Below, in pieces: positions 15,911 through 25,526 of a stretch of 26,093 bases of DNA. Position numbers and translations under genes: made by a program. The DNA is from Thermoanaerobaculia bacterium (lineage in GTDB: Bacteria > Acidobacteriota > Thermoanaerobaculia > Multivoradales > UBA5704): positions 1-26,093 of the forward strand of contig JBGAGQ010000080.1 of NCBI GenBank assembly GCA_044226625.1, read 5' to 3'. A model generated the notes under the pieces. The model was not told the DNA's origin. It ran no database searches and saw only the letters and a list, made by a program, of their open reading frames with translations. Numbering within the stretch: position 1 is the first letter of the stretch; each line of letters opens with the position of its first letter.

Positions 15911-18900
15911 GTGCTCCCCTCGAAGGCCCTGCTGCATGCCCAAACCTGTCGACGCGATGCACATCTTTGGATAATTGCATGGTGTGTAATTCGTGAAATC
16001 CTCCACGAAGGCGAATTTCCCAGAGGCGCTAGCCTGCAAGCCTAGTCTTTCACTCTAATCTTTCACGTGACGAGAAGTAACTGCGGCGGGGTCGTTGGTA
16101 GGGTATTGATCCGTCCTTCCCTCTCCCCGTGCGGAGGACACATGAGTGGCGACGGCAACTATGCGGGTGTCAATTACCAGGCAAGTGTCATTGCATACGT
16201 CTTTGTCCATGCACTGACTGATACAAAGCTCCGATGGCTGCCTTTAGCTGATGACACTCCTTCGGCAATCGCGGGCGAAGTCCATGGGCCTGGAGATGAC
16301 GCCCGTGTTGAGTTTCGGGCTGGAACGGCACCAATCGAAATTCAGGCAAAATTCGGCCTGAAGCCACAAAAATGCATTGAGGCATTTCAGACCATCCGCG
16401 ATGCATCCACGCCATCCGACGACACTCTTGTATGGCTAGTCGTCGATCCAACCTCCAGCCCTGCCGTCCGCAATGAATTAAGCCGAGATTTAGATCGACT
16501 TCGAACAGGTCGCACGGACAGCCTAAGGCAGCTGACACAGGGAATACTGTCTGCTCTTGGGTCAAGGGCTGACGACGTCATGCGGCGAACTCATATTCTC
16601 ACACTAGACCTGGGGAGGCTCTCAAATGCCAGCACCTCGAGAGCGCTTGAGATCCTGGCCGAAAGTTTGGACGATGAATCTCAAGCAGCCGCTGCCTGGG
16701 CCGTCTTTGAAAAGGATGCTGCCCTCATGTGTGCCGAAAAAACTAGACGCACGAAGCAAGCATTGATCGACGTTCTAGCTGGCGTCAAGATTGGGGTCCG
16801 GCCCCCTCGTCGGACTCGAAAATGGCACGATGACCTTCGGCACACCAAAAAGTTGCTCGAAGACGAGGAACCCGCGCTTGCGTTCTCTCTCCTAAGGCAG
16901 ATCGAGTCTGATTTCCTCAGCACTGGAATACAAGATGGTCAAGTTCTTTACAAGATCAGTCAGCATCGATCTAGTGCCCTCCTGAAGATGCAGCGATGGC
17001 AAGAAGCCATTAACTCGGCCGAAAGAGCCCTCGATCATGATCCGCACGGAATTCATGCACTAGTAAACTTGGCCCTGGCTCAAGAACTCAGCGGCGATAT
17101 CCAGTCGGCGGTGGCAACCGCAATACGGGCGACCACTACGCACGCGCAGTCGCCGTCCGCGTGGCTGATTCGACTTCGTCTACCGGTAGAAGCTGGCCAG
17201 CCTCCGATCGAGGTTCCCCCGGAGGTCGCCTCGACCAGCGAATTTCGATTCGGTCTTGTTGGTAACCATCTCTTTAGCGGTGAGGCGGCTCCGGCCCGGG
17301 ATGTCATCGCATCATTGATAAGAGATGGCGACAGGTCGCCTCGTGCCCTACTACTACGCGCAGTAACTCTCTTTGCAGATATAGAAAATGTCACCGATGG
17401 CGAACGACTAGATCGTGCTCGGGAAGTCGAGCGCCTTTGCACCGAGGTTCTAGACAGCGATGCCAGCCTATCGACCTCACAGACTCAGGAAGCGCTCATA
17501 AGCCGCAGCCACGCCCGGCGAATACTTGGAAATCGTTCCGGTGCTCAGGACGACAGCGAGCGAGCACATTCAATTCGGCCTGATGACGCCCGTGCATTGT
17601 TCATGGCTGCCTCGACTCGCGTCCTTGCTGGCGACGAGGACGGTGCGCTCGATATTCTGTCTGGACCAGTAGTCGAGAACAATCCATTTCTGCGTGCACA
17701 GCGCGCAAGTTTGCGGGCAGCGAAGGGGCAGTTAGAAGGTGCACAAAAGGACCTCGAAGCGGCTTTGCGGTCAATTCCAACAGCTGCTGAGCCCGATGAA
17801 CTTAGATCAGCCGCAGCTGAAGCCGCCCTGCGTATCGGCGATGTGGATCTCGCCAAGAAGCTGACGGCAGAGATGGCCTTAAGCGAGCAAGTGCACTCGG
17901 TAACTCACCTGGTTACGCTGGCCCGTATCGCTGCGCTCGAAGGAGACCTTGGCGAAGCAGAGAACCGCTACCGTGAAGCAATTGAAGCATTCCCGTTTAC
18001 CCGAACCGAGCTGCTTGTCGAGCTAGGTTCGAGCCTGTTGGCAGCCAAAAAACCCGCGGCTGCGGCACAAGCGCTAAGAGAGGCCGGAGCTCTCGATGAG
18101 ATCGCGGAGCGCATGCTTGTGCGCGCACTGGTGTTGTCGGATCAGCTTCTTGCGGCCAATCAAGCGCTGGAAGTTGTTGCCAACAAAGGTCCCATGCCCG
18201 ATTGGGCGGTTGGCATCGCCGCGCAAATTGCACTAAGGAGGAATGACCCGGAAGCCGCCGCGGCACATCTTGAAGATCTGTTTGTTCGTGGAATGACAAC
18301 TGCCGGCGGCCACCTGAAACTTGCCGAAATCCTTGTGGGGCTCAACAGGCGCGACCGCGCTCGAGTTCATTGTGACGCTCTCGCTTCCGACCCAGATCTT
18401 TTGCCTCACGAAAGAATGTTTCTTGCACATCTGCAATCAAAACTCGGGAATTTCAGTGTCGCCATCCAGCAAGCACTGAAGGCATTCAGAGATCAACCGG
18501 ATGATGCGGAGATGAATCGAGCCTTCGTGTCGTTGGTGGTTGGCACGAAATCGAAGCCTGTCGAGGTTGGTTTCGTAGGGCCCGATACGCATGTATTTCT
18601 GGTTGGGGATGGCAGCGAGATTCTGGAGTACGTTCTGTTCGCAGACTCTGCCGCGTCGAGGCTCACCAATGAAATTTCGTTAGAGGAGGCTCACAAGATC
18701 GGCCTGGTTGGCCTTCGCGTCGGAGATTTGTTTGCTCGGAACCAGGGTGCATTCTTTGAAAGTCGATTCAGGGTCGAGAGGATTCAGTCGGCCGTCAAAT
18801 ATCTCGTGAATGACATCATGGCTAGCTACGGAAGGAGGTTTCCAAGCGAGGAGTTTTTTGTGACCACATTCAGTTTCAATAAGGACAGTTCAGGGGTCAG

Positions 18901-20090
18901 TGAGTTTCAACCCTTAATTAGCTCCACTCACGAACGGAAACGTTATCAAGATCAGATTTTCAAGCTCTATCTGGAGCACTGCCTTCCTCTCGCGGTAGTG
19001 TCGAAACTCACTGGCGGGACGGTGCCTGACGTGATTACTCATGTATCCCGGCCCCAAAGTGACCTGCCGCTGTACGTGGAGTTCCACGACGAAGGGCGTG
19101 TCGCTTCCAGGACTGCCGCGCGATCGCAGCTCCCAACAATTCTCTCAAGATCAGCCCTCCATACAGCGCAAAGGTTCGAGTTTCTCTCGCTCTTGGCGGA
19201 TGGACGACGGTGTCTGGCGCCAATTTCTCTAAGAGCCGAGATCGACGCGGAAGTCGAAGAGGCTGAAGATCGAATCAAGAGTGGCTGGGCAGTCGTTGCT
19301 CCTAGCGAGCGTGGCTTTCTGTTTCACCAAACGGATGCTGGTGATCCCTCTCTCGTCCGCGAACGAGATTCAATAGTCGGGCTGCGCGACTGGGTCGTGG
19401 CGAATGTCACCTTCGTCCCTCGACCGCTGGAAGTGTTTAGTGATCCACGAACAAAGGATCACGAAGAAATTCGGACCAATCTGGGAGCCAGCTCGAACGA
19501 CGCGCTCGAACTATCGATGTTCGTGCCAGGAGTGCTACATGCTGATGATTTGGGCTTGAGGAAGTTGGCTAGTGGTTTGGGTCTTTCCTCGTTTTCAACT
19601 GTTTCGCTGATCCAGATCTGGGCCGAGGGAGGAGCATTGAGTGCGCGCGAACGGGACCAGCGTCTGGTTGACTTGGCCGAGGTCCATTACTACCAAATTG
19701 AAGTGTCGCCCGAGGTTTTAATAGAAGCTCTGGCGCCCGGGCGACCACAGCAGGCCTCGCGTGAAGTCTTTTCGCTGTTGGCAGCAGCACCGTTGGAAGT
19801 TCAGTCATCAGCCGCGATGCTGGTTCGAGCGGTCAAATTGGTGGCAATGCAGAATGTGAAGACGACAACCGCGGAGCGAGTCATTCGGGAAGGCTTAGAG
19901 GCTATGGCGGAACGGTTTCAGGCCGTGCCAATCGCCCATGCCCTACGGCGGGCTGCAGATATTGATCTCGCCCTTCTCCCAAGAGAGCGACAGATTGTTG
20001 TGAATGCCGCCAACAACCTCCTAAAGACTCGGCTTATTCATTGACAGGCGCAGCGGTCAGAATTGAGAGGATTTAGGCTCTCCGGCGATT
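15911..20090. mobile_element. Lower-GC single-gene genomic islet downstream of tRNA-fMet (no integrase or att repeat seen)
   Basis: Abrupt switch to many A/T-ending codons and visibly lower GC right after the tRNA terminator, returning to host style at the convergent MFS gene. Boundaries are approximate. Confidence 0.6.
16142..20044 (+). CDS. 1300-aa putative defence protein: PD-(D/E)xK-type nuclease, TPR array, GreA/B C-terminal-like domain and PIN domain
   Basis: GGAGGA SD before ATG 16142. N-terminal AGVNYQ...E.HGPGDD...IEIQAK; many TPRs (e.g. WQEAINSAERALDHDP); EISLEEAHKIGLVGLRVGD (GreA/B-C-like); C-terminal NDALEL...LHADDLGLRKLA...FST (PIN-like). Confidence 0.8.
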   Translation: MSGDGNYAGVNYQASVIAYVFVHALTDTKLRWLPLADDTPSAIAGEVHGPGDDARVEFRAGTAPIEIQAKFGLKPQKCIEAFQTIRDASTPSDDTLVWLVVDPTSSPAVRNELSRDLDRLRTGRTDSLRQLTQGILSALGSRADDVMRRTHILTLDLGRLSNASTSRALEILAESLDDESQAAAAWAVFEKDAALMCAEKTRRTKQALIDVLAGVKIGVRPPRRTRKWHDDLRHTKKLLEDEEPALAFSLLRQIESDFLSTGIQDGQVLYKISQHRSSALLKMQRWQEAINSAERALDHDPHGIHALVNLALAQELSGDIQSAVATAIRATTTHAQSPSAWLIRLRLPVEAGQPPIEVPPEVASTSEFRFGLVGNHLFSGEAAPARDVIASLIRDGDRSPRALLLRAVTLFADIENVTDGERLDRAREVERLCTEVLDSDASLSTSQTQEALISRSHARRILGNRSGAQDDSERAHSIRPDDARALFMAASTRVLAGDEDGALDILSGPVVENNPFLRAQRASLRAAKGQLEGAQKDLEAALRSIPTAAEPDELRSAAAEAALRIGDVDLAKKLTAEMALSEQVHSVTHLVTLARIAALEGDLGEAENRYREAIEAFPFTRTELLVELGSSLLAAKKPAAAAQALREAGALDEIAERMLVRALVLSDQLLAANQALEVVANKGPMPDWAVGIAAQIALRRNDPEAAAAHLEDLFVRGMTTAGGHLKLAEILVGLNRRDRARVHCDALASDPDLLPHERMFLAHLQSKLGNFSVAIQQALKAFRDQPDDAEMNRAFVSLVVGTKSKPVEVGFVGPDTHVFLVGDGSEILEYVLFADSAASRLTNEISLEEAHKIGLVGLRVGDLFARNQGAFFESRFRVERIQSAVKYLVNDIMASYGRRFPSEEFFVTTFSFNKDSSGVSEFQPLISSTHERKRYQDQIFKLYLEHCLPLAVVSKLTGGTVPDVITHVSRPQSDLPLYVEFHDEGRVASRTAARSQLPTILSRSALHTAQRFEFLSLLADGRRCLAPISLRAEIDAEVEEAEDRIKSGWAVVAPSERGFLFHQTDAGDPSLVRERDSIVGLRDWVVANVTFVPRPLEVFSDPRTKDHEEIRTNLGASSNDALELSMFVPGVLHADDLGLRKLASGLGLSSFSTVSLIQIWAEGGALSARERDQRLVDLAEVHYYQIEVSPEVLIEALAPGRPQQASREVFSLLAAAPLEVQSSAAMLVRAVKLVAMQNVKTTTAERVIREGLEAMAERFQAVPIAHALRRAADIDLALLPRERQIVVNAANNLLKTRLIH

Positions 20091-20094
20091 CCCC

Positions 20095-21372
20095 CTACTG
20101 CGACGTTGCGCTTGGAACCGGCTGAATCGCCCCGGGCTCAAGCGTTTCCGCGGGTAGAGAGGACTGTGCCTGATCCGCGGCTGAGGGCGGTGCTTCCCTC
20201 CGCGGCTCGGTGACCCGTCGCGTAAGCCCTCCCACGCCGAGCATCAGCGCGGCGGACATCCAAAACGGGGCCTGGGGGCCGAGGAGGTCGAAGGCCTTGC
20301 CGGCCCAGATCGGACCGAGCATGCGGGCGACTCCTCCGAAGGCCTGTTGGACGCCCATCACCTGACCGGTTTCTCCCTCCGGCGCGGAGCGCGAGACGAG
20401 CGCGGTGGTCGCCGGGAAGAGGAGCGCGGTGCCGACCGGGACGAAGAGGACGGCGACGGCGAGCACCGGGATCGCTGGAGCGAAGGGGATCGCGGCAAGG
20501 CCGATCGCCAGGGAGATCGCGCCGAGCTTCATCACGCCGACCTCGCCGAATCGGCGCACCATCGGCCCGAGCAGGACGGCGCGCATGACCAGCGAGATGC
20601 TGCCGACGTAGGTGTAGAACCAGCCGATCGATTCCTTGGTGACGCCGAACTTCCGGGCCAGGTAGAGCGCCAGGATGCCGTTCATCGCCATGAACGCCAT
20701 CATGCCGACGGCGTAGACCCAGATCAGAGAAGCGACCGGAGAGGTCGGCTCGCGCAGCACCTCGACCACCGCCTTTTGGAGCGAGCGGCTCGGTGCGGCG
20801 TTCGCATTCGGCGCGTGCCGCCTCGGCTCGGGGAGCCAGAGGTAGGCCGAGATCGCGTTGGCGATGCACAGCGCGGCGGCGACGAAGCCCGGACCTGAAG
20901 GCCCGAGGCGGGTGGCGTACGAGCCGATCAGCGGGCCGATCATCACCCCCGCACTGGTCGCCGCGGTGATCCAGCCGAGCGCCTTGGCGCGTTCGTCGGG
21001 CGGCACGGCGTCGCTCACGTAGGCCTGGACCACGCCGACGGTCCCGCCTCCCACGCCCTGGACGAAACGGAACACGAACAGCATCCAGATCGACGTGGCG
21101 AAGCCGAACAGGCCGAACGCGGCCGCCGAGATGAGCAGGCCGGCGATCAGCAGCGGGCGCCGGCCGTAGCGGTCGGACAGACGCCCCCAGTAGGGCGAAG
21201 AGAGCAACTGCGCCGCGGCGAAGATCGCCACCAGGAGCCCCACCATCGTCGCGGTCGCCCCGAGGCTTTCGGCGTAGAACGGCAGCAGCGGATGGACGAT
21301 CAGGAAGCCGACCATGTCCACGAACACCGTGGCCATGAGGACCGAGAGTTGGCGCAGCGTGCTTTTTTCCAT
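20095..21372 (-). CDS. MFS transporter, DHA1/TetA-like drug:H+ antiporter
   Basis: About 12 TM helices; VFVDMVGF, motif A GRLSDRYGRRP, RFVQG and motif C GVMIGPLIG. Confidence 0.92.
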   Translation of the reverse strand: MEKSTLRQLSVLMATVFVDMVGFLIVHPLLPFYAESLGATATMVGLLVAIFAAAQLLSSPYWGRLSDRYGRRPLLIAGLLISAAAFGLFGFATSIWMLFVFRFVQGVGGGTVGVVQAYVSDAVPPDERAKALGWITAATSAGVMIGPLIGSYATRLGPSGPGFVAAALCIANAISAYLWLPEPRRHAPNANAAPSRSLQKAVVEVLREPTSPVASLIWVYAVGMMAFMAMNGILALYLARKFGVTKESIGWFYTYVGSISLVMRAVLLGPMVRRFGEVGVMKLGAISLAIGLAAIPFAPAIPVLAVAVLFVPVGTALLFPATTALVSRSAPEGETGQVMGVQQAFGGVARMLGPIWAGKAFDLLGPQAPFWMSAALMLGVGGLTRRVTEPRREAPPSAADQAQSSLPAETLEPGAIQPVPSATSQ

Positions 21373-21459
21373 CGAGGACGACCCCTCAGGCGAGGCGATA
21401 CCGCGGGCTCGAGCCCGAGACAGTGAACGTAAAACCGGGGTCGCGGGTTGCGTCGCTCA

Positions 21460-23166
21460 TCACGTCGGTTCCCCTTGGCCCCAGAGGAAGAAGACCGTCG
21501 TGCTGCCGATCGCGAGCAAGACGCCGTACGCGGCGGCCAGACCCAGGTCCTGAAGACGGAGCGCCGAGAGGATCTCGATCGAGATCGGCCGGGTGTCATA
21601 GGTGTAGAGGACGATCGATACGATGAAATCGCCGAACGCCGTGAGGAAGGCGAGGCCCGCGCCGGCCGCGAGTGCCGGGCGCAGGAGCGGCGCGACCACG
21701 CGGGACAACGTGCGGAACGATCCCGCTCCGAGTGAGGCGGAGGCTTCTTCGAGCGCCGGGTCGAGCTGGCGCATGCCGGCGAGCGCGGCTCGGCCGGTCA
21801 CCGGCAGGCTGCGCACGAGGTAGGCGAGCGGCAGGATCCACGGCGTTCCGATCAGGACGAAGCGAAGCGTCCACGGCGAATGGACGCTCCAGGCGGTCGC
21901 CATCGCGACGGCGAACACGGTCCCGGGGATCGCCCAGGGGAGGGCGACGAGCGCCTCGACCGCGCGGGCGGCCGGCCCGCGCCGTCGGGTCGCGATGCGC
22001 GCCGCGGCGAATCCGAGAGCGATCGCCGCCACGGTCGAGACCGCGGCCATCCAGAGCGAATTGAGGATCGGGCGCAGGCGCTCCGGATCGGCGAGGCCGC
22101 GATAGTTCGAGACCGAGAGCACCGGCGGAACCGGCTCGTTGGTCCAGGTGAACGGCGGAACGAACGAGATGAGAAACAGCACCGCGTGCGGCAGGAGGAA
22201 GAGGATCGCGAGTCCCGCGGCGATCCCCGCGAGGGCGATGCGCACGCCGCGCCGCGCCGGCCGGCGTCGCGCCGGGGCGACGCCACGGACTCCGGACGAG
22301 CCGGGGATCGCCGCTCGTCTTTCGAGGAAACGGAGCACGCCGAGCGCGATCAAGGCGACGGCCGCGAGCAGGAGCGTCTCGACCTGCGCCGCGGCGAGCT
22401 CGCCGTTCAGCTTCGAGGCGACGATCTGGGTCGTCATCACCCGGAAGTTGCCGCCGAACAGATAGGGCGCCGAAAACGAGGCGAGCGCGGTCATGAAGGT
22501 GAGGAGCGACGCCCCGAGGAGAGCCGGCCGGAGGAGCGGCAGGGTCACCCGCCAAAGTGTGCGCGTGGGCGAGGCGCCGAGGCTCGCCGCCGCCTCGAGC
22601 AACGCGCCGTCGAGCCGGGCGAGGCCGGCGCGGGTGAACAGGTAGAAGTAGACGTACATCGAATAGGTGTGGACGAGCAGGATCGCAACGGGACCGAGCA
22701 GCCGCCACGGGGGATGCTCGAGGCCGAGGAGCGCCTGAACCCCGCGGGTGGCAAAGCCGCTTTCGCCGTAGAGGAAGAGAAAGGCGATCACGCCCACGAG
22801 TGGCGGCAGGGCGACCGGCAGGGCGGCGGCGGCGGAGAGGAGCCGTCGACCGGGGAACTCCGAGCGCTCGAAGGCGAACGCGAGCGGCACGCCGACCAGA
22901 GCGGCGAGTGCCACCGAGGCGAGCGAGGTCCAGACGCTGCGCCACAAGGCCAGCCACTCGTCGCGACGCGCGAGGACGTCGAGCAACGCGCGCGGCTCGC
23001 GGAGCGCCTCGATCAACGTCGCGAGCAGGGGATAGCCGACCAGCCAGCCGAGCAGCGCGGCGAGCGCGAGCGTGCCCCAGGCCGGGCGCCAGGGCGAACG
23101 CCCAGCCGGAGCGTCCTCGGGGGGCGCCGTGCTCGCTGAGGTGGCCGCTGCGGGCGAGATCGTCAA
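21460..23166 (-). CDS. Fe3+/FbpB-type ABC transporter permease (two fused TM domains)
   Basis: Two EAA loops (LLEAAASLGAS, LEEASASLGAG). The TTG start overlaps the ATPase stop (TTGA). Confidence 0.9.
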   Translation of the reverse strand: MTISPAAATSASTAPPEDAPAGRSPWRPAWGTLALAALLGWLVGYPLLATLIEALREPRALLDVLARRDEWLALWRSVWTSLASVALAALVGVPLAFAFERSEFPGRRLLSAAAALPVALPPLVGVIAFLFLYGESGFATRGVQALLGLEHPPWRLLGPVAILLVHTYSMYVYFYLFTRAGLARLDGALLEAAASLGASPTRTLWRVTLPLLRPALLGASLLTFMTALASFSAPYLFGGNFRVMTTQIVASKLNGELAAAQVETLLLAAVALIALGVLRFLERRAAIPGSSGVRGVAPARRRPARRGVRIALAGIAAGLAILFLLPHAVLFLISFVPPFTWTNEPVPPVLSVSNYRGLADPERLRPILNSLWMAAVSTVAAIALGFAAARIATRRRGPAARAVEALVALPWAIPGTVFAVAMATAWSVHSPWTLRFVLIGTPWILPLAYLVRSLPVTGRAALAGMRQLDPALEEASASLGAGSFRTLSRVVAPLLRPALAAGAGLAFLTAFGDFIVSIVLYTYDTRPISIEILSALRLQDLGLAAAYGVLLAIGSTTVFFLWGQGEPT

Positions 23167-24248
23167 ACGGAGGACCTTTCGGCTGGAAAGACTCGCGGCA
23201 GTGCGGCTGAGGCGATCGGGACCACCCCCACCTGGTCGCCCTCCGCGGCGGCCGTGGGAGGGGCGAGGACCTCGATCTCCAGCCCCGGGGTCTCTTCGCA
23301 GCCGATCGTGAACGTCGCCGCGGGAGCACCGTAGCGCCGTTCGACGACGCGGCCGGCGATCGCCCCGGGAGCCTCCGGCCCGACAAACTCGAGTGCCTCC
23401 GGCCGGGTGATGAGCTCGACGCGCGCTCCGGACGGAAGCTGCTCCAGGGCGATGCCCCGCCAGAGGGCTCCGCCGTCGAGGCGGACATCGACCTGGCCGT
23501 CCGGCTCGCTCCGCTCGACCGCCCCGGAGAGCGCGCTCGATCGGCCGATGAAGCCGGCGACGAATCGGGTGGCCGGGCGCTCGTAGAGGTCCTCGGCTCG
23601 TCCGACCTGTTGCAGATGGCCGCCCGCGATCACGGCGATCCGGTCGCCCAGATGAAAAGCCTCTTCTTGCTCGTGGGTGACCAGGACGGTCGTGATGCCG
23701 ACCCGCTGGATCGCGCTTCGAAGCTCTCGGCGGGTCCTCTCGCGCAGGGACGGATCGAGATTCGAAAGAGGCTCGTCGAGCAAGAGGACGCGCGGCTCGG
23801 GAGCGAGGGCGCGGGCGACCGCCACCCGCTGCTGCTGACCCCCGGACATCTCGCCCGGCTTGCGCGCCGCGAGATGCGGCAGCTCGACCAGCTTCAAGGC
23901 TTCGGCGACTCGTCGATCGACGTCCGATTTCGGGGTTCTGCGCGATTCGATACCGAACGCGACGTTCTCTCCGGCGGTCAGATGGGGGAAGAGCGCATAG
24001 TGCTGGAAGACCATGCCGAAGTTCCGCCGCGCGGGGGGAAGCCCGGTTACGTCCTCACCCGCGACCGAGATCCGGCCGCGATCGGGCGTTTCGAACCCGG
24101 CGAGCAGGCGGAGCGCGGTGGTCTTGCCGCTCCCGCTCGGGCCGAGCAGAGCGAGGATCTCCCCCTTGTCGATTTCCAGCGTCAGATCTTCGAGGACCGG
24201 CTTGCCTCCGAAGGTCTTCCGTAGATTTTCGATCGATAGGTAGGTCAT
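23163..24248 (-). CDS. ABC transporter ATP-binding protein (FbpC/PotA-like, C-terminal TOBE)
   Basis: GPSGSGKTT, VFQHYALFPHL, MSGGQQQRVA, LLLDEPLSNLD and VTHEQEEA. ATG 24248 overlaps the upstream stop (ATGA). Confidence 0.95.
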   Translation of the reverse strand: MTYLSIENLRKTFGGKPVLEDLTLEIDKGEILALLGPSGSGKTTALRLLAGFETPDRGRISVAGEDVTGLPPARRNFGMVFQHYALFPHLTAGENVAFGIESRRTPKSDVDRRVAEALKLVELPHLAARKPGEMSGGQQQRVAVARALAPEPRVLLLDEPLSNLDPSLRERTRRELRSAIQRVGITTVLVTHEQEEAFHLGDRIAVIAGGHLQQVGRAEDLYERPATRFVAGFIGRSSALSGAVERSEPDGQVDVRLDGGALWRGIALEQLPSGARVELITRPEALEFVGPEAPGAIAGRVVERRYGAPAATFTIGCEETPGLEIEVLAPPTAAAEGDQVGVVPIASAALPRVFPAERSSV

Positions 24249-25353
24249 CCGCCGGTCGTCCCCGCGACCGCGCCGCCCGGGGTCTCGCCGCCACGGCTTC
24301 GTACCGTGCGGTCCCAGGTCGCCATCCACTCTTTGCTCTTCGCGGCCATCAGGTTCCAATCGACCTTGGCGGGCACCAGGCGGGCGAGCACGTCGCGCGC
24401 CCACTCGGGAAGATCCGCGGGGGGCAGATCGGTGCGCGCGGGAAGGCGGAACGCCTGCTCGGCCGCGAGCTTCTGGGCCTCGGGGCTTCCCACCCATTCG
24501 ATGAAGGCCTTGGCTTCCTCCGGATGCCGGGAGCCCGTGACCAAGCCGATCGAGTCGTCGATCACCGGCGTGCCGCTCGACGGGAACGCGTAGCCGAGCG
24601 GGGCGCCGCGCTTCTTCTGCCAGAGCATGTCGGTGAGCTCCCAGACGGTCACCAGCCCTTCACGCCGGTTGAGCTTTTCCATCAGCAACGCGGGCGTCGA
24701 GGTGTACTCCTTGGTCTGGACGTCCAGGCGCCGCAGCCACTGCCAGCCCCGTTCCTCCGAGCCGGTCTCGGCGAGCGACCGGGCGAGGATCGAGCCGAAT
24801 AGAGTGCGCATCGTGCCGCTCGCGAGCGGGTCCCGGATCAGCACCTTGCCGGTGAACCGGGGTGCGAGCAGATCGTCCCAATCCTTCGGCGCGTCGGTGG
24901 CCGAGACCGCCTGGTCGTTGTAGACAAGGACCGGGGCGGTCCGGTAGAGGCCGAAATAGAGATCGTCCTCGCGCCGGCTCTCCGGCGCGATCGCGCTCGC
25001 CCAGCTCGGATGGAACTTCGCGAGCAGGCCGTCGGCTGCCCCTTGAGCGAACGTCGCCTGCGGACCGCCGTACCAGACGTCCGCCTGCGGATTCGCCTTC
25101 TCGGAGCGGATCCGGTCGTAGACCTCCTGCGCGCCCCCATGTCGAGCCAGCGCACGTCGACCTTCGGGTGCAGCTCCTCATACCGCTTCTCGATCAGCGA
25201 GAGCAGGTCGCGGCCATGCGGGGAGTAGAGGACCAGAGGGGTTCGGCCATCGCCCGCGCAGGCCTCCAAGGAGATGATCGAAACGACGAACGAACAGGCG
25301 ATCGAAATCGCGCCCGCCGCTCGGACCAGGGCCAGGGGTTTCTTGCGGATCAA
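24245..25353 (-). pseudogene. ABC substrate-binding lipoprotein (FbpA/AfuA-like), frameshifted near 25130-25138
   Basis: Frame 1 from TTG 25353 (GAGGAG SD): signal peptide...LEAC, LVLYSPHG...RWLDMG. It continues in another frame as QEVYDRIRSEKANPQADVWYGG...PKDWDDLL...RDPLASGT to the stop at 24245. Two extra nt at the junction; may be a sequencing error. Confidence 0.85.
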
Positions 25354-25492
25354 GGGAGGCTCCTCGGCAAAGCGATCGAACCGCTTCGGGTGACGGAGAA
25401 GTCTAACCGTTTGCGGCCGAGGGGGATTCCAGGGGGGACAAGACGACGGATTCGTCTCACGGAGGGCAGAAAGGGCGTCCTCTCCGAGGCCT

Positions 25493-25501
25493 TGGTAGAC
25501 T
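25493..25501 (+). promoter_or_regulatory. Extended -10 promoter (TGGTAGACT) for the second TA-like pair
   Basis: TGn-TAGACT 25 nt upstream of ATG 25527, with a GGGAGG SD in between. Confidence 0.5.
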
Positions 25502-25526
25502 CAGCCCTGGGATTGGGAGGTTGGTG

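Noticed and set aside
16067-16141. GTG start at 16067 for the large islet gene
   Set aside because: ATG 16142 has a GGAGGA SD and sits directly before the conserved-looking nuclease motif.
20045-20094. attR (duplicate of the tRNA-fMet 3' end) at the right edge of the islet
   Set aside because: No copy of TTCAAATCCTGCCCCCGCAACCA or a recognisable part of it was seen there by eye.
20095-21372. Calling the MFS gene tetA
   Set aside because: Only family-level DHA1 motifs are visible and there is no adjacent tetR, so the substrate cannot be assigned.
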